The notes under the pieces were generated by a model. It was not told where the DNA came from. It did not search any database and worked only from the letters and a program-made list of their open reading frames with translations. The translations under genes and the position numbers were made by a program. This document shows positions 41,476-53,329 of a stretch of DNA of 64,000 bases, piece by piece. Within the stretch, counting starts at the first letter, position 1, and every line of letters starts with the position of its first letter. The DNA lies in contig NW_026928121.1 in assembly GCF_032062105.1 (NCBI RefSeq), positions 186,001 to 250,000 of the forward strand. Direction: 5' to 3'. This stretch comes from Saccostrea cucullata (taxonomy: Eukaryota).

Positions 41476-41759
41476 AGAGAAAGACTTCTTTATGATCGAC
41501 GTCGGAATATTCTTTCCATGCGGCGAAAGACTTGACCCATAGTCATGTTTATCTTGATATTTCATAAATTATTGCATATATCTGAAAGACATTCTAAGAC
41601 AAAAGTCAAACTAAATAGGAAAATTTTTAAATATACAAGGTTTTGTTGAAATTTATTGATTTTATTTTAGAGTGTAAAAACAGTTGTGACGTTATTTTTT
41701 GATCGACTCTCGTCTTCTTTTTCAAAGAACGTGAAAGAACACAAGATAATAAGGAATAT

Positions 41760-42610
41760 TTAATGGTTGATATCATTGACATCTGCTTTTTCCATAAAAA
41801 TGGAACTCATAAATTTTACTTACCTTGGCATTGGTCATTTGCCAAATTATTTTGTTGAAAAACATTCTGATTGTACACACATGTACTCTGAAGTTGATAT
41901 CAAATAGATGCTTGAGTTTCTAATTGACAATATCTATGTGCTTTTTGGAGACCAGGTCTTCCAACAATCTGTTGGAATTACCATGGGTACCAATAGTGCC
42001 CCGTTATAAGCAGAAATATTTTTGTATTTAAATGAAGCAGAATATGTCCAAAATCTTGTACGTGAAAAGAAAACACTTTCTGTGGCCTTCAACTCGACAT
42101 TTGGATATATCGACGACGCACTGTCAATTAACAATGTTAATTTCCATTCTTATGTCGATATGATATATCCCAGTCAGCTTGAGATAGAGATACCACCGAG
42201 TCTAACACATCTGTTTCATATTTAGATATTTTACTTGAAAAAGACGTTAATGGTAATGTTACAACCAAGCTCTATATAAACGTAATGACTAACTTACAAT
42301 CGTCAGGTTCTATTGTCGATACAATGACCTTGTCAGCAAATACATGTACAATTTATCATTGAGTCAAATGCTGACTGCCGTTTATAATTGTTAGTCCATT
42401 AGATATAAACTGAATTGACGACGGATTTTCCCGTTATTTCCCGATCATGACAAAGAACACGCGGTGGGGACCAGTGGGCAGAGGATGCTCACATCTCCAT
42501 GGCACAAGATCGCACCTCTGATGTTTTGGAGATCCGTGTTTGTTCTGCTTATATTTTGTATTCTTATATGAACTTTTGAATACACTTCTTTATCTCCATA
42601 TGTTTCATTG
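41760..42610 (+). mobile_element. Penelope-like RT and 3' fragment
   Basis: GITMGTN.AP, FGYIDDALSINN, followed by the shared 3' module. Confidence 0.85.
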
Positions 42611-42656
42611 ATCTTTTAAAAGGTAATAGTGGGATTTAGTGATTGTTTTAACAAAC

Positions 42657-42770
42657 CTGCTTCTGGATCAGTTAACAAACGAAGAACATCTCCTGACCTG
42701 GCTGGCATATCAAAACATAATGGATGTTCTAATTTCTTTATTCTGATCATAAAATGGGGGTCTCCTCCAC
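42657..42770 (-). CDS. ITIH: ITIH-like exon 10 (GDPHF cleavage motif)
   Basis: cacag|GT GGA GGA GAC CCC CAT TTT...GCA G|gtttgt; GGGDPHFMIRIKKLEHPLCFDMPARSGDVLRLLTDPEA. Confidence 0.95.
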
Positions 42771-43026
42771 CTGTGCGATAAAACAAAACACTGAAACATG
42801 TTTTAAATTTCTTAAGTAATTTTTCAAATTTCTAATATTTTTATACGTATATATATGAGAAATAATATTCTATGAATAAACTGCAATTTTTTGTAAATTA
42901 AATTCGAAAAAATAAACCCATTGTCAATTTTCTTCCACATGGTCAAGTTACACCCGTTCTCCCATTTTATCAAGTTTTTTTTTTATTTTCTATTGAGAAA
43001 CAGAGTTCAAATACACCCCTACTTAC

Positions 43027-43146
43027 CCCCTCCTCCGTACGAGCCACCACCGCCACCGCCGCCGCCGCCGCCACCACCACGGCTGTAAGCTGGTTTGCTG
43101 CCACTTGGTCCACTTGGACGGGATTTCGAAGATTTCGAAGATAATA
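43027..43146 (-). CDS. ITIH: ITIH-like exon 9 (Ser/Lys/Gly-rich linker)
   Basis: ttacag|TA...GGG G|gtaagt; (L)LSSKSSKSRPSGPSGSKPAYSR-G12-SYGGG; phases 1/1 fit both neighbours. Confidence 0.88.
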
Positions 43147-43447
43147 CTGTAAAACGAATTCACATTGTTTTTAGAGTTGTCGATATTACAGTGTAACTAA
43201 CAAAGAGGGAAACATTTGCTTAAATCTATAGTAAATGTGCCTTTAAGTTGTTTTTTAAACCTCCGATTCGTGTCCGTTAAATTAAATAAAAAGGGACGTT
43301 AAACTTATGACTAGCAAAAATATTTTGGTACTTTAAATTCCGACACTGCGAAATGAGAGACATAAAAAATATTACCGGTAATAACGATAATAACGGTGTT
43401 CATCTACATGTAATACAACTGAACAATTAACAACTGATGATACATAC

Positions 43448-43538
43448 AATCGTCATCTTCTCCCTTGCTGAGATCCCCAACGTCTCTCTTGTCCGGCTTC
43501 GTGACCACCATCGAGGTCAGGGGAGTAACAAACTTATA
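43448..43538 (-). CDS. ITIH: ITIH-like exon 8
   Basis: ttttag|TAT...GAT T|gtatgt; YKFVTPLTSMVVTKPDKRDVGDLSKGEDDD (conserved FVTPLTSMVVTKP). Confidence 0.95.
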
Positions 43539-44055
43539 CTAAAAGACGTAAATATATAGGAAACTTAAAATTTGCATAAACTTTCAGATGACATTTTATT
43601 TAATAAATTGTAATTTTGCCCAAAGAATGTCATTAATGTATTGCTATACGTTATATGTAACAAGTTTTTCTCACAAAGAAATTGAAATACCTTACTTGAC
43701 AAGTGTGCAAGATACCAAAGGGTATTGGTACCTGCACGTATATATTCCTTTTGATAATCTTTTAAATAGCTAATATTTCAATGTATTGTGTTCTTATTTT
43801 TAAAGACATTTTCAAAAATAAATAAGAATCAAAAGAGAATAATAATTGTGATATTGTTTTGAAATGTTACGAGTTATACAAAAATGATAAATGAAGAACG
43901 TGTCATCAAACCTTAATCAATCTTTCTCTAGGGAGTTTTGGGGTAAATATTCTAATGTCACACTTTTCATAACTGTACTTTACAAAACGAAATGATACAA
44001 AACGTCTATTGTTCAATACTTTTTTCCAGTTTCTGTTTTACAAATTGAATGGTAC

Positions 44056-44753
44056 CTTTAGTGAGAGTTCTAACGCTGTCTTTTTCATTTCCTCTTTAGC
44101 AGTTGGATCAGTCTCACCAATGGACTTCTCTAACAGTTGTTTGATGGTTAAGTAAGCCCAAATTTTCTCTGTTATTTTTGCATAGTCCCCTGGTTTGGTA
44201 AGCTGGGGAAAAGGGTTTGCGTTTACGTCCGCAGAGAGAGCCAGTTCTACAGACCCTTTGGACCCCAGACCTTCGACCGATAAGTCAAAAAGTCTAACAG
44301 AGTTGTCCTCTAATTTCCCAGCAACCACTATTTCAGAGCCTGTGAAATACGTGGGAAAAGTTGCTGTTGTGAGATTCTGTACAGTCGAGGCATTGTTGAG
44401 ATATTTAAAGGAAACATCTTTCAAAATGGCTGCCGAGATTTCATCGTAAAATCCTTTGATCTGTAGAGTAGCATCTGAGTCCTCGTATATTTTACGACTG
44501 ACACCATTGTTTTGAATGGCCACCTTCTTAACGAATTCATAGTCTGCTCCACGCCCAAACGCTAAACTGTATATAGGAAAATTTTGTTCAGAGTTGGCAT
44601 TTCGAACATTGGTTAGAATGCTGTTGATATTGGTGACACCGGAACTTGGCTGTCCGTCAGTAAGAAAGAAGATAACCTGTGACCGCTGTTTTGTATTTTC
44701 TGCTCTTTTAAAGAAGTTGATACCTTCCAATAGTCCACTGTTAATATTTGTAC
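44056..44753 (-). CDS. ITIH: ITIH-like exon 7 (vWA and downstream region)
   Basis: ttaag|GT ACA AAT...AAG|gtacca; GTNINSGLL...FLTDGQP...KIWAYLTIKQLL...ALELSLK. Confidence 0.96.
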
Positions 44754-44814
44754 CTTAATAATAATGATGATACTATTATAAAAATATCAAAAAAATCACA
44801 AAAATACAAAAAAA

Positions 44815-45335
44815 ACAAGATGTGTTTGTGAAACACTATGCGTCCGGGGCAACAAAGTTTTAAAAAAAAGAAGCTATTTTTAGCATACTGGTCATAGTCA
44901 AGGTCATTAGGTCATTGACCTTGGTGCGATATAAAAAAAAAACATAATTAGTGGAGTATGCATACCAAATATTAAGTCTCTATCTCTTATGGTTCAAGAG
45001 TTATGGCGAATGTACGAAAAAGCTATCTTTACTATATAGGTCACAGTCAAGGTCACTAGGTCATTAACCATGGTAGCATTCAAAAGATTTTAATTAGTGG
45101 AGTATGCATACTAAATCTAAGTCTCTATCTTTCATGGTTTAAAAGTTATGGCGAAGGTTAAAGTTTGCAGACAAAAAGCTATTTTCAGCATAAAGGTCAC
45201 AATCAAGTTCCCATTATGTAAAACTTGGTGTCATTGAAAGACATTTTGTTCATTTTAAGATTTTATCATGTTAAAGATTGCAGACAAACACACAGACAGG
45301 ACAAAACACGTGCTTACTCGGTGTTTATAAAAACC
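44815..45335. mobile_element. Degenerate pearl/CvA-like element with about 3 core repeats
   Basis: AACAAGATGTGTTTGTGAAACAC start, ~150-bp repeats with GGTCA-rich palindromes, decayed CAGACA tract at the end. Confidence 0.72.
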
Positions 45336-45649
45336 GGTTGCAATTTCATTGGCTATTATACAAATGAAATAAAATGAAACAAAATGAAATATTAAATACT
45401 GATCAATACAGAGGAGAATGGACCAAGTATCAAGTATATATTTTGACTGTATTTGAATCAAAGACAAGTTGACTACTTTCCAGTGGATATCTTGTCTACC
45501 TATCATTTAAATTTTAATTTATTGATTAAGTGTACTTGGTCTATTAAACGGCAATCAATAGTTAATAAGTTATTCCATATTCCCTATTCAATAACCTTGT
45601 AACTCCTGATTGTCCTATAAAACAGTGTCTTTGGTCTTTTTCATTTTAC

Positions 45650-45935
45650 CTCCTATTGTATTGATGCCATTCACATATTTCTTTGCAGCATCCACTGACT
45701 TCTTGTTCGCAAATACTGGTGAATCTTTGTAAAAATAAACGCCATCGCTGAACTTTAATATGTTAAAACGGTCACCATCGTGTAGATCGTTAAGCATAGC
45801 AAGCACGGCTTGTTTCATCTGCCTCATTTTAGTTCCACCCATAGAGCCACTGACGTCAAGTATCATAATAACATCTTTGGGAATTTCCTCCATTTCAGAG
45901 GGAGCAAAGAAATGAACAAAGTACCCATTTACCAC
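45650..45935 (-). CDS. ITIH: ITIH-like exon 6 (vWA start, MIDAS DVSGS)
   Basis: tacag|GTG...GGA G|gtaaaa; NGYFVHFFAP...ILDVSGSMGGTK, diagnostic for ITIH. Confidence 0.97.
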
Positions 45936-46211
45936 CTGTAAAGTTAAAAAAAATATTTATGAAATTCAAAACCTTAATTCATGTTTTTGTTCTTTACAGT
46001 ACTTAATAATACATCTATGGAATAGCGATACAAGAGACTTTTTTATGGAAAAAAAATTTATATAATTATATAGGAATATATAAACTGCTACAACGTTATC
46101 AAACTAAGTACATAAAAACTGTTTATTGAGAAAAATGGCTATTCTGAACGTTTGCTTTTCAAAATATACGAATCAAAGTCAAATGTCAGACAATATTGTC
46201 CCCGATCATAC

Positions 46212-46375
46212 CAGAACATCCCCCGCGTCAGATTTTCGGTCAATATCGTATTCAACAACGAAAAGTCCAGAGATTCCCTGGTTAGATTTTTGTCTTTGAT
46301 CCGCCTCTGTGGGACTGTACATGATTCTTGCCGATTGCTTGGTGGGTCTCTCAATCACGGACAGAGAGTTCTGAC
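46212..46375 (-). CDS. ITIH: ITIH-like exon 5
   Basis: ccag|GT CAG...CTG|gtatga; GQNSLSVIERP...GISGLFVVEYDIDRKSDAGDVL. Confidence 0.93.
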
Positions 46376-47484
46376 CTGGAATTAAATTATACAGGAAAAT
46401 TGTGAAACATTCCAGTTTAATTTTACAAGGTAGACTGTATTCGTAAGAAACTAAGGAAATTACTTTCCTCAGTCCACAGACAAACATTAAGAGTGTTTCC
46501 AAATGATTAAATTTAATTAGAGCAGAACTTTATTGTCTTGTTGATGTCTACAATCTGATCAACATTGTATCATTACTTATACTTGTTTTACACTGCCACT
46601 GAATAGTTTAGGAAGTACACCAAAAATCGAAATATTATATGTTATGGGGAAAATAATATTTTAAATTTATTTTCATTAACTGTGTGAATTAAATTTCCAT
46701 CCCATTTCACATTAAAAACTCACTTGTTTTCATTTGCAAAAATTAAATAAAAAAGCTTTAAAACCCTTTATTGATATTCTACACTTATTTGACGATTTTA
46801 TGATAGGTTTTCATTGTCACAAGTTCGTTCGGATGACTATGGAATGTACGAAATGCCGGTTTTAAACTAGGTATTTGAAATATTATATCAAAATTTAATA
46901 TAAATTAGTTTCATACAATAGTTGTTGCAAAATGAAAATAAATTTAACAGCACGACACGAAATAAAATTTCATGATTTTTGTTTGTTTACACCATAAATT
47001 AAAATATCATATAATGTCGATACCAAACAACGTATAATATTCATCAAAGTCAGTTTGGGTTTGTTTACTGTATTCATTAATTAATCCAAATTCAAATCGA
47101 AATTACTTTTAATTGTCTCAGAATGTTGATTGTAGCTTTACGCCTTAAAATTTGCTAGATTTGCCATTTCATATGAATATATAAACTGTATGATAAGGTG
47201 TTTTTAAATATTTTTTTCCTTTAAAACATTTTTATACACATTGCATGTCAACAAGAGGCTTAAACTACAGATTATTGCTTTATATATACGAATGCATTAA
47301 AATGATATTGACCATAATTACAAATTGCTACCGTTATTTTGATAGGCAATAGAGAATCTTATTAACCCCCTTTGTTAGATAACTCATATAAACTATCCCA
47401 TTTAAAGTTAGAACTTTGCATTCTCTTGTCGGTACACTGGCCTCGTCTTATCAAAGATATCATTAAGTCGGAGAACGGTTCGTG

Positions 47485-49131
47485 TTTTTCATACCCATTG
47501 TTGTTTTTTTTCATACACATTGCTGGGCTATTTTTCATACCCATTGTTAGGCTATTTTTATACCCATTGTTGGGCTATTTTTCATACCCATTGTTGGGCT
47601 ATTTTTCATACCCAATGTTGTTTTTTTTTCATACCCATTGTTGGGCTATTTTTCATACCCATTGTTGTTTTTTTTTCATACCCATTGTTGGGCTATTTTT
47701 CATACCCATTGTTAGGCTATTTTTATACCCATTGTTGGGCTATTTTTCATACCCATTGTTGGGCTATTTTTCATACCCAATGTTGTTTTATTTTCATACC
47801 CATTGTTGGGCTATTTTTCATACCCAATGTTATTTATTTTCATACCCATTGCTAGTCTATTTTTCATACCCATTGTTGGGCTATTTTTCATACCCATTGT
47901 TGGGCTATTTTTCATACCCATTGTTAGGCTATTTTTCATACCCATTGTTAGGCTATTTTTTATACCCATTGTTGGGCTATTTTTCATACCCATTGTTAGG
48001 CTATTTTTCATACCCATTGTTAGGCTATTTTTCATACCCATTGTTAGGCTATTTTTCATACCCATTGTTAGGCTATTTTTCATACCCATTGTTAGGCTAT
48101 TTTTCATACCCATTGTTAGGCTATTTTTTATACCCATTGTTAGGCTATTTTTCATACCCATTGTTAGGCTATTTTTCATACCCATTGTTAGGCTATTTTT
48201 CATACCCATTGTTAGGCTATTTTTCATACCCATTGTTAGGCTATTTTTCATACCCATTGTTAGGCTATTTTTCATACCCATTGTTAGGCTATTTTTCATA
48301 CCCATTGTTGGGCTATTTTTCATACCCATTGTTGGGCTATTTTTCATACCCATTGTTAGGCTTTTTTTCATACCCATTGTTAGGCTATTTTTCATACCCA
48401 TTGTTAGGCTATTTTTCATACCCATTGTTAGGCTATTTTTCATACCCATTGTTAGGCTATTTTTTATACCCATTGTTGGGCTATTTCTCATACCCATTGT
48501 TAGGCTATTTTTCATACCCATTGTTAGGCTATTTTTCATACCCATTGTTAGGCTATTTCTCATACCCATTGTTAGGCTATTTTTCATACCCATTGTTAGG
48601 CTATTTTTCATACCCATTGTTGGGCTATTTTTTATACCCATTGTTAGGCTATTTTTCATACCCATTGTTGGGCTATTTCTCGACCCATTGTTGGGCTATT
48701 TTTCATACCCATTGTTAGAATATTTTTCATACCCATTGTTAGGCTATTTTTCATACTCATTGTTAGGCTATTTTTCATACCCATTGTTAGGCTATTTTTT
48801 ATACCCATTGTTAGGCTATTTTTTATACCCATTGTTAAGCTATTTTTTATACCCATTGTTAGGCTATTTTTTATACCCATTGTTAGGCTATTTTTTTATA
48901 CCCATTGTTGGGCTATTTTTTATACCCATTGTTAGGCTATTTTTTATACCCATTGTTGGGCTATTTTTTATACCCATTGTTAGGCTATTTTTCATACCCA
49001 TTGTTAGGCTATTTTTCATACCCATTGTTGGGCTATTTTTTATACCCATTGTTGGGCTATTTTTTATACCCATTGTTAGGCTATTTTTTATACCCATTGT
49101 TAGGCTATTTTTTATACCCATTGTTAGGCTA
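47485..49131. repeat. 24-bp minisatellite, about 69 copies (TTTTTCATACCCATTGTTAGGCTA)
   Basis: Directly visible tandem array in ITIH intron 4. Confidence 0.97.
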
Positions 49132-49345
49132 TTATTTACACACTGAATAGTCTACTGATTTTCCCGGTTGCCCGATGATGACAAGGGGCACGTTGCGGGT
49201 ATAACTAGTCGATAAGAGATGCTTACATCTTCATGGCACCTGATCCCATCCCTGATGTTTTAAGAGGTCTTTGTTTGCTCTGTCCCCGATTTTTATTGTT
49301 TCAATTGATTTTGAGCTTGATTTCTTTATGTTATATCCATATTTC
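49132..49345 (+). mobile_element. Penelope-like 3' fragment continuing from the minisatellite
   Basis: TTATTTACACACTGAA...GACAAGGGGCAC...ATGGCACCTGATCCCA. Confidence 0.8.
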
Positions 49346-50268
49346 AGGTAATAAAATGTTATGGAGGAATAATTATATTAAAGAAAAAATATGCAAAAAT
49401 ATATCACACGAAATTAAATTTTCCTAAATATTAGTCGTACAAGTAATTTTAAAAATGCTGTTTTAATAGTTTTAATTTAGTAAAATTTGAGGATGTCTGT
49501 TAAAATTTACTAAAATTAAAATGTAACTTAAATCATTTGTGTGACAGTATGCAGCTTAATTAAATATGTGTTAATTCTTTGCTCAATTTACAAAAGTGCA
49601 TTTTGCAGATCAGTGAAATCCTTCTATGAAACTTTAAAGTGACAAAATGAACATGCTGTCAATATTAAAAACGTATCTTGCATAATTATGAGTAAATAAG
49701 ATAGAATAATAAATGAGCAATGATTTAAGATATACACTGTAATATGAGAGTGGGATATAAATGTAGGACATGCATACATTTTTATTAGGAAAGGCATGTG
49801 CAATAATACACTTCATTTCAGCAGTAACATTAATTTCTTTATTGTCTTGTCCAAGATAAAACTACACATAGGTTATTGCTTTATAACCCTGTAAAACGAT
49901 TTGCTCAGCACGTCACAGAACTGTAATTATCTTGCCGAGTGTTGCTTAGTGATGTAGTAGTACCCTAGACTTAATAGGTAAAATTTCTTATTGTTAAAAG
50001 AAAATTTATTTTTCAATCAAGGGGCAGGCAAAAATTGAAAATATGTTCTGGAAACACGGTGGATCTTTTTTTTAAGTTTACATGTATAATGATAATGATC
50101 AATCAGTTCGCTACCCTAATAGTGTTAGATAACTGAATGAACGCCTTTTGCGTTTATGCAATTGTCACGGAAGCAAACTAATTGATCCCTTTATATTACA
50201 AAAAAAATACATGTAGATTTTGCTTTGGTAAATACCTTTATTACTTTTCTTTTAAGATTTTGTTTTAC

Positions 50269-50516
50269 CTGTCGCGTTTCCAGTTTGCTCTATATCGTTC
50301 CGTAGCGGTGGTACCCTGACGCTCGTGATGTCTCTGGATTCTTCTATAGCCACCTCAACCTGTAGATCTTTCACAATTTGTTGCGGGTTTATGTAAACCA
50401 CGTGTTCATATGAGCCATGTTTACGCTTCAGAAGCTCTTGGTAGGTCAGATTGAAAATGACTTTTTCCTGAGCTGCCACATTCACTTCCACTGAGAAACG
50501 GTTTGTTTTTCTAGGC
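50269..50516 (-). CDS. ITIH: ITIH-like exon 4
   Basis: ttcag|G CCT...ACA G|gtaaaa; PRKTNRFSVEVNVAAQEKVIFNLTYQELLKR...NAT. Confidence 0.95.
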
Positions 50517-50710
50517 CTGAAATATTGGCGATATTTAAGATATAAAGCCCGAAAATCTCATAGTCATAGAGTCAGTATCTGTACATATATACTAGTTTGC
50601 AATAAAAGCTTACGAAAGGCACAATAGGCTGTGTAGAGAATTCTTTAATGTATATCATATATCATGTATATTAATGTACATTTCTGTAAACTAATTTCAT
50701 GTATATCATA

Positions 50711-51481
50711 TACTTGGCCTGCACTTTGACCTTCTCTCTCTCTCTCATGTATATTATATGACACTTTCTCTCTCTCTCATTCTACTGTTGTTTTACTTTG
50801 CACTTTGACCTTCTCTCTCTCTCTCTAACTTACTGTTGTTTTACTTGGCCTGCACTTTGACCTTCTCTTGTTTTACTGTTGTTTTACTTGGCCTACTTTG
50901 AAACACAATTACTTTGACCTTCTCTCTCTCTCTCTCTCGCACATATATATCACTTTGACCTCTCTCTCTCTCTCTCTCACTCTTCTCTCTCTCTCTCACT
51001 GTTGTTTTACTTGACCTAACATTCTCTCTCTCTCTCTTAAACTGTTGTAATAATTGACCTTCTCTCTCTCTCTCTAACTTACTGTTGTTTTACTTCTTCT
51101 CTATCTCTCTCTAACAATTATAACACCTCTCTCTCTCTCTCTCCAACTTACTGTTGTTTTACTTGGCCTGCACTTTGACCTTCTCTCTCTCTCTCTCTAA
51201 CTTACTGTTGTTTTACTTGGCCTGCATTTTTACATTCTCTTTCTCTCTCTCTCTAACTTACTGTTGTCTCTCTCTCTCTCTAACTTACTGTTGTTTTACT
51301 TGACCTGCACTTTGACCTTCTCTCTCTCTCTCTCTAACTTACTGTTGTTTTACTTGACCTGCACTTTGACCTTCTCTCTCTCTCTCTCTAACTTACTGTT
51401 GTTTTACTTGGCCTGCACTTTGACCTTCTCTCTCTCTCTCTCTAACTTACTGTTGTTTTACTTGACCTGCACTTTGACCTT
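50711..51481. repeat. 54-bp tandem repeat of ITIH exon-3 end, donor site and (AG)n
   Basis: Minus-strand unit AAGGTCAAAGTGCAGGYCAAGTAAAACAACA-GTAAGTT-(AG)n; three clean copies then scrambled ones. Confidence 0.92.
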
Positions 51482-51561
51482 TCTTCTTGGCATCATCATA
51501 CTTCTTCTGGGCGACGATTTTTTCGTTAACCTCCCCCGGGTAAATACGACCCCCAATCTCC
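51451..51561 (-). CDS. ITIH: ITIH-like exon 3 (VIT domain)
   Basis: atctag|G GAG...CA|gtaagt; EIGGRIYPGEVNEKIVAQKKYDDAKKKGQSAGQVKQ(Q). Confidence 0.93.
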
Positions 51562-53087
51562 CTAGATATAAAGTTACAATAAAATGATGAATGACACGCA
51601 TATTCATTTTAAGACATAATTTTGATTCAAATTATGTGTAAATTTTAAAAATTATTTGTATGTCAAATGATTTATAGAAAAGAAGGAAATATCCAATGAA
51701 TGATGAAATTTAGAGCTTTTCATAATTTATAAAACAAAGTATCATTTTGCAACTTATAGGCTGTAAGAAACATAGATTAGGTAATTAAAATACAATATAT
51801 ATGAACTTAAATGTGCTCTTTTGTGAATTTAAATCTACGCAAACATGGGATGAACTTATTGAACTGTAAATTCTGTACTGCATCCTAATTAATCGGTTAT
51901 CATTGAGATATTTCTTTAACAAGCCTTTTAATGACCAATTAGTGATGATCCCTATTAATATTTTGTTGATATATATGACACGTAGGTGTTCGATTCATAC
52001 GAAGTTCGTGAGACTTTGATCATTATCTTTCAATCTACGATACAAGACTCCTTTATTTGAAATCAATCCCAAACTATTCATAAAAAATACATTTAAATTT
52101 TCAAGATTGCAATTTTTAAAGCTATTCATTTTGTCTTGTTAAAGGATAGTTAAACTCATTTTAAGTTTAAAATACTTTGCAATTTCGATCATAAAAAATA
52201 ATATGCATAAAATATGTTTTCTTAAATAACATATTGCTTCATACTCAGCACTGAATAAGTTTTTGTTCTTTATACATATAACTGTTCTTTCTATTCATGG
52301 ACTAAGATGAAACAGATGATAACGAAGAAGTATCGATCACAAATATATTTTAAACAATAATTTTGTAATCATGGCATGGAACATGGTTCATATTATTAAT
52401 TTTATAACATCACAGGTTGACCTGTCAATCAGGACTATATTATTAAAGAGTAAGGGATATTAAACATAGAAAGAAAATGTTTTGGATGTTCAAAGATTTC
52501 TTGTTTTTTTTTTTAAAATGTTTGGAGGCAATGGCCGATGAAAATTCGTTAACAAATCTTCAACTTCAAATATGGTGGAATACAAGACTGGACCCTCTTG
52601 TGATTAAGAATATTACAGTTGGTTACTGCGTCAGTTCCTTTGTTAGACCCAATTTGTGTGAAATATGTCGGTCAAAGTACTACCAAAATTATATATTTTA
52701 AAAGTCAAGGTGATAATGTAACGACCAAAGGATTTTAGAAACTGACTTTAAAATCATGTGTCGAAAAAGTAATTTTTATATGACTAATTATAAAAATTAT
52801 TGATACCATATTCATCGAAGAAATTAAGGATTTTAATACTTATCTAAAATGATTAGACCAAATTCTGTTTTTTTTTAATTCTATATTATTTAAAATTTTT
52901 CTAGACATTTTTAAGAAAGTATATTTGACTGGCACCGATTAAGGAACATGATATAGCAGTATAAATCCAGAATACACTTTTATTTAGAGTATCTCTCCAT
53001 TCTCTAACACTTTTTACAGTTTAAGAATAGACTTTTTTGCATTCGGAAATATGTGTTTAGGATTGAAGACAAAACAATTCTACCTAC

Positions 53088-53245
53088 ATCTGAAAATCTG
53101 AAATGAAGGCTTCATCTGGTAAAGTGACGTCAAATTTGATCTCTTGTGACGTGTTAGCAGGATTGGCAACTTTACTGGTGACCAAGGTCGTAGCGAATCG
53201 AAACCGGATATCTGACTTCACGTGCAGGTAGTAGATGCTCGGTTT
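53088..53245 (-). CDS. ITIH: ITIH-like exon 2 (VIT domain)
   Basis: tttgcag|AAA...AT|gtaggt; KPSIYYLHVKSDIRFRFATTLVTSKVANPANTSQEIKFDVTLPDEAFISDFQ(M). Confidence 0.95.
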
Positions 53246-53329
53246 CTGCAAAAAAATCGACCCTTTTTAATGTCAATGAAAAGTTCTTTAATTCGTTGAA
53301 TTTTTTTAATGATGTTTCAATACAATTAT

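Noticed and set aside
47485-49131. CRISPR-like or telomeric array
   Set aside because: Head-to-tail units without unique spacers, no cas genes, eukaryotic context; the TTAGG within the unit is inherited from the retroelement stop codon.
47372-49150. Long repetitive ORFs (447-448 aa on +, 284 aa on -)
   Set aside because: By-products of a 24-bp minisatellite with stop-free frames inside an ITIH intron; no coding evidence.
51264-51587. 107-aa plus-strand repeat ORF
   Set aside because: Antisense reading of ITIH exon 3 and its 54-bp duplications.
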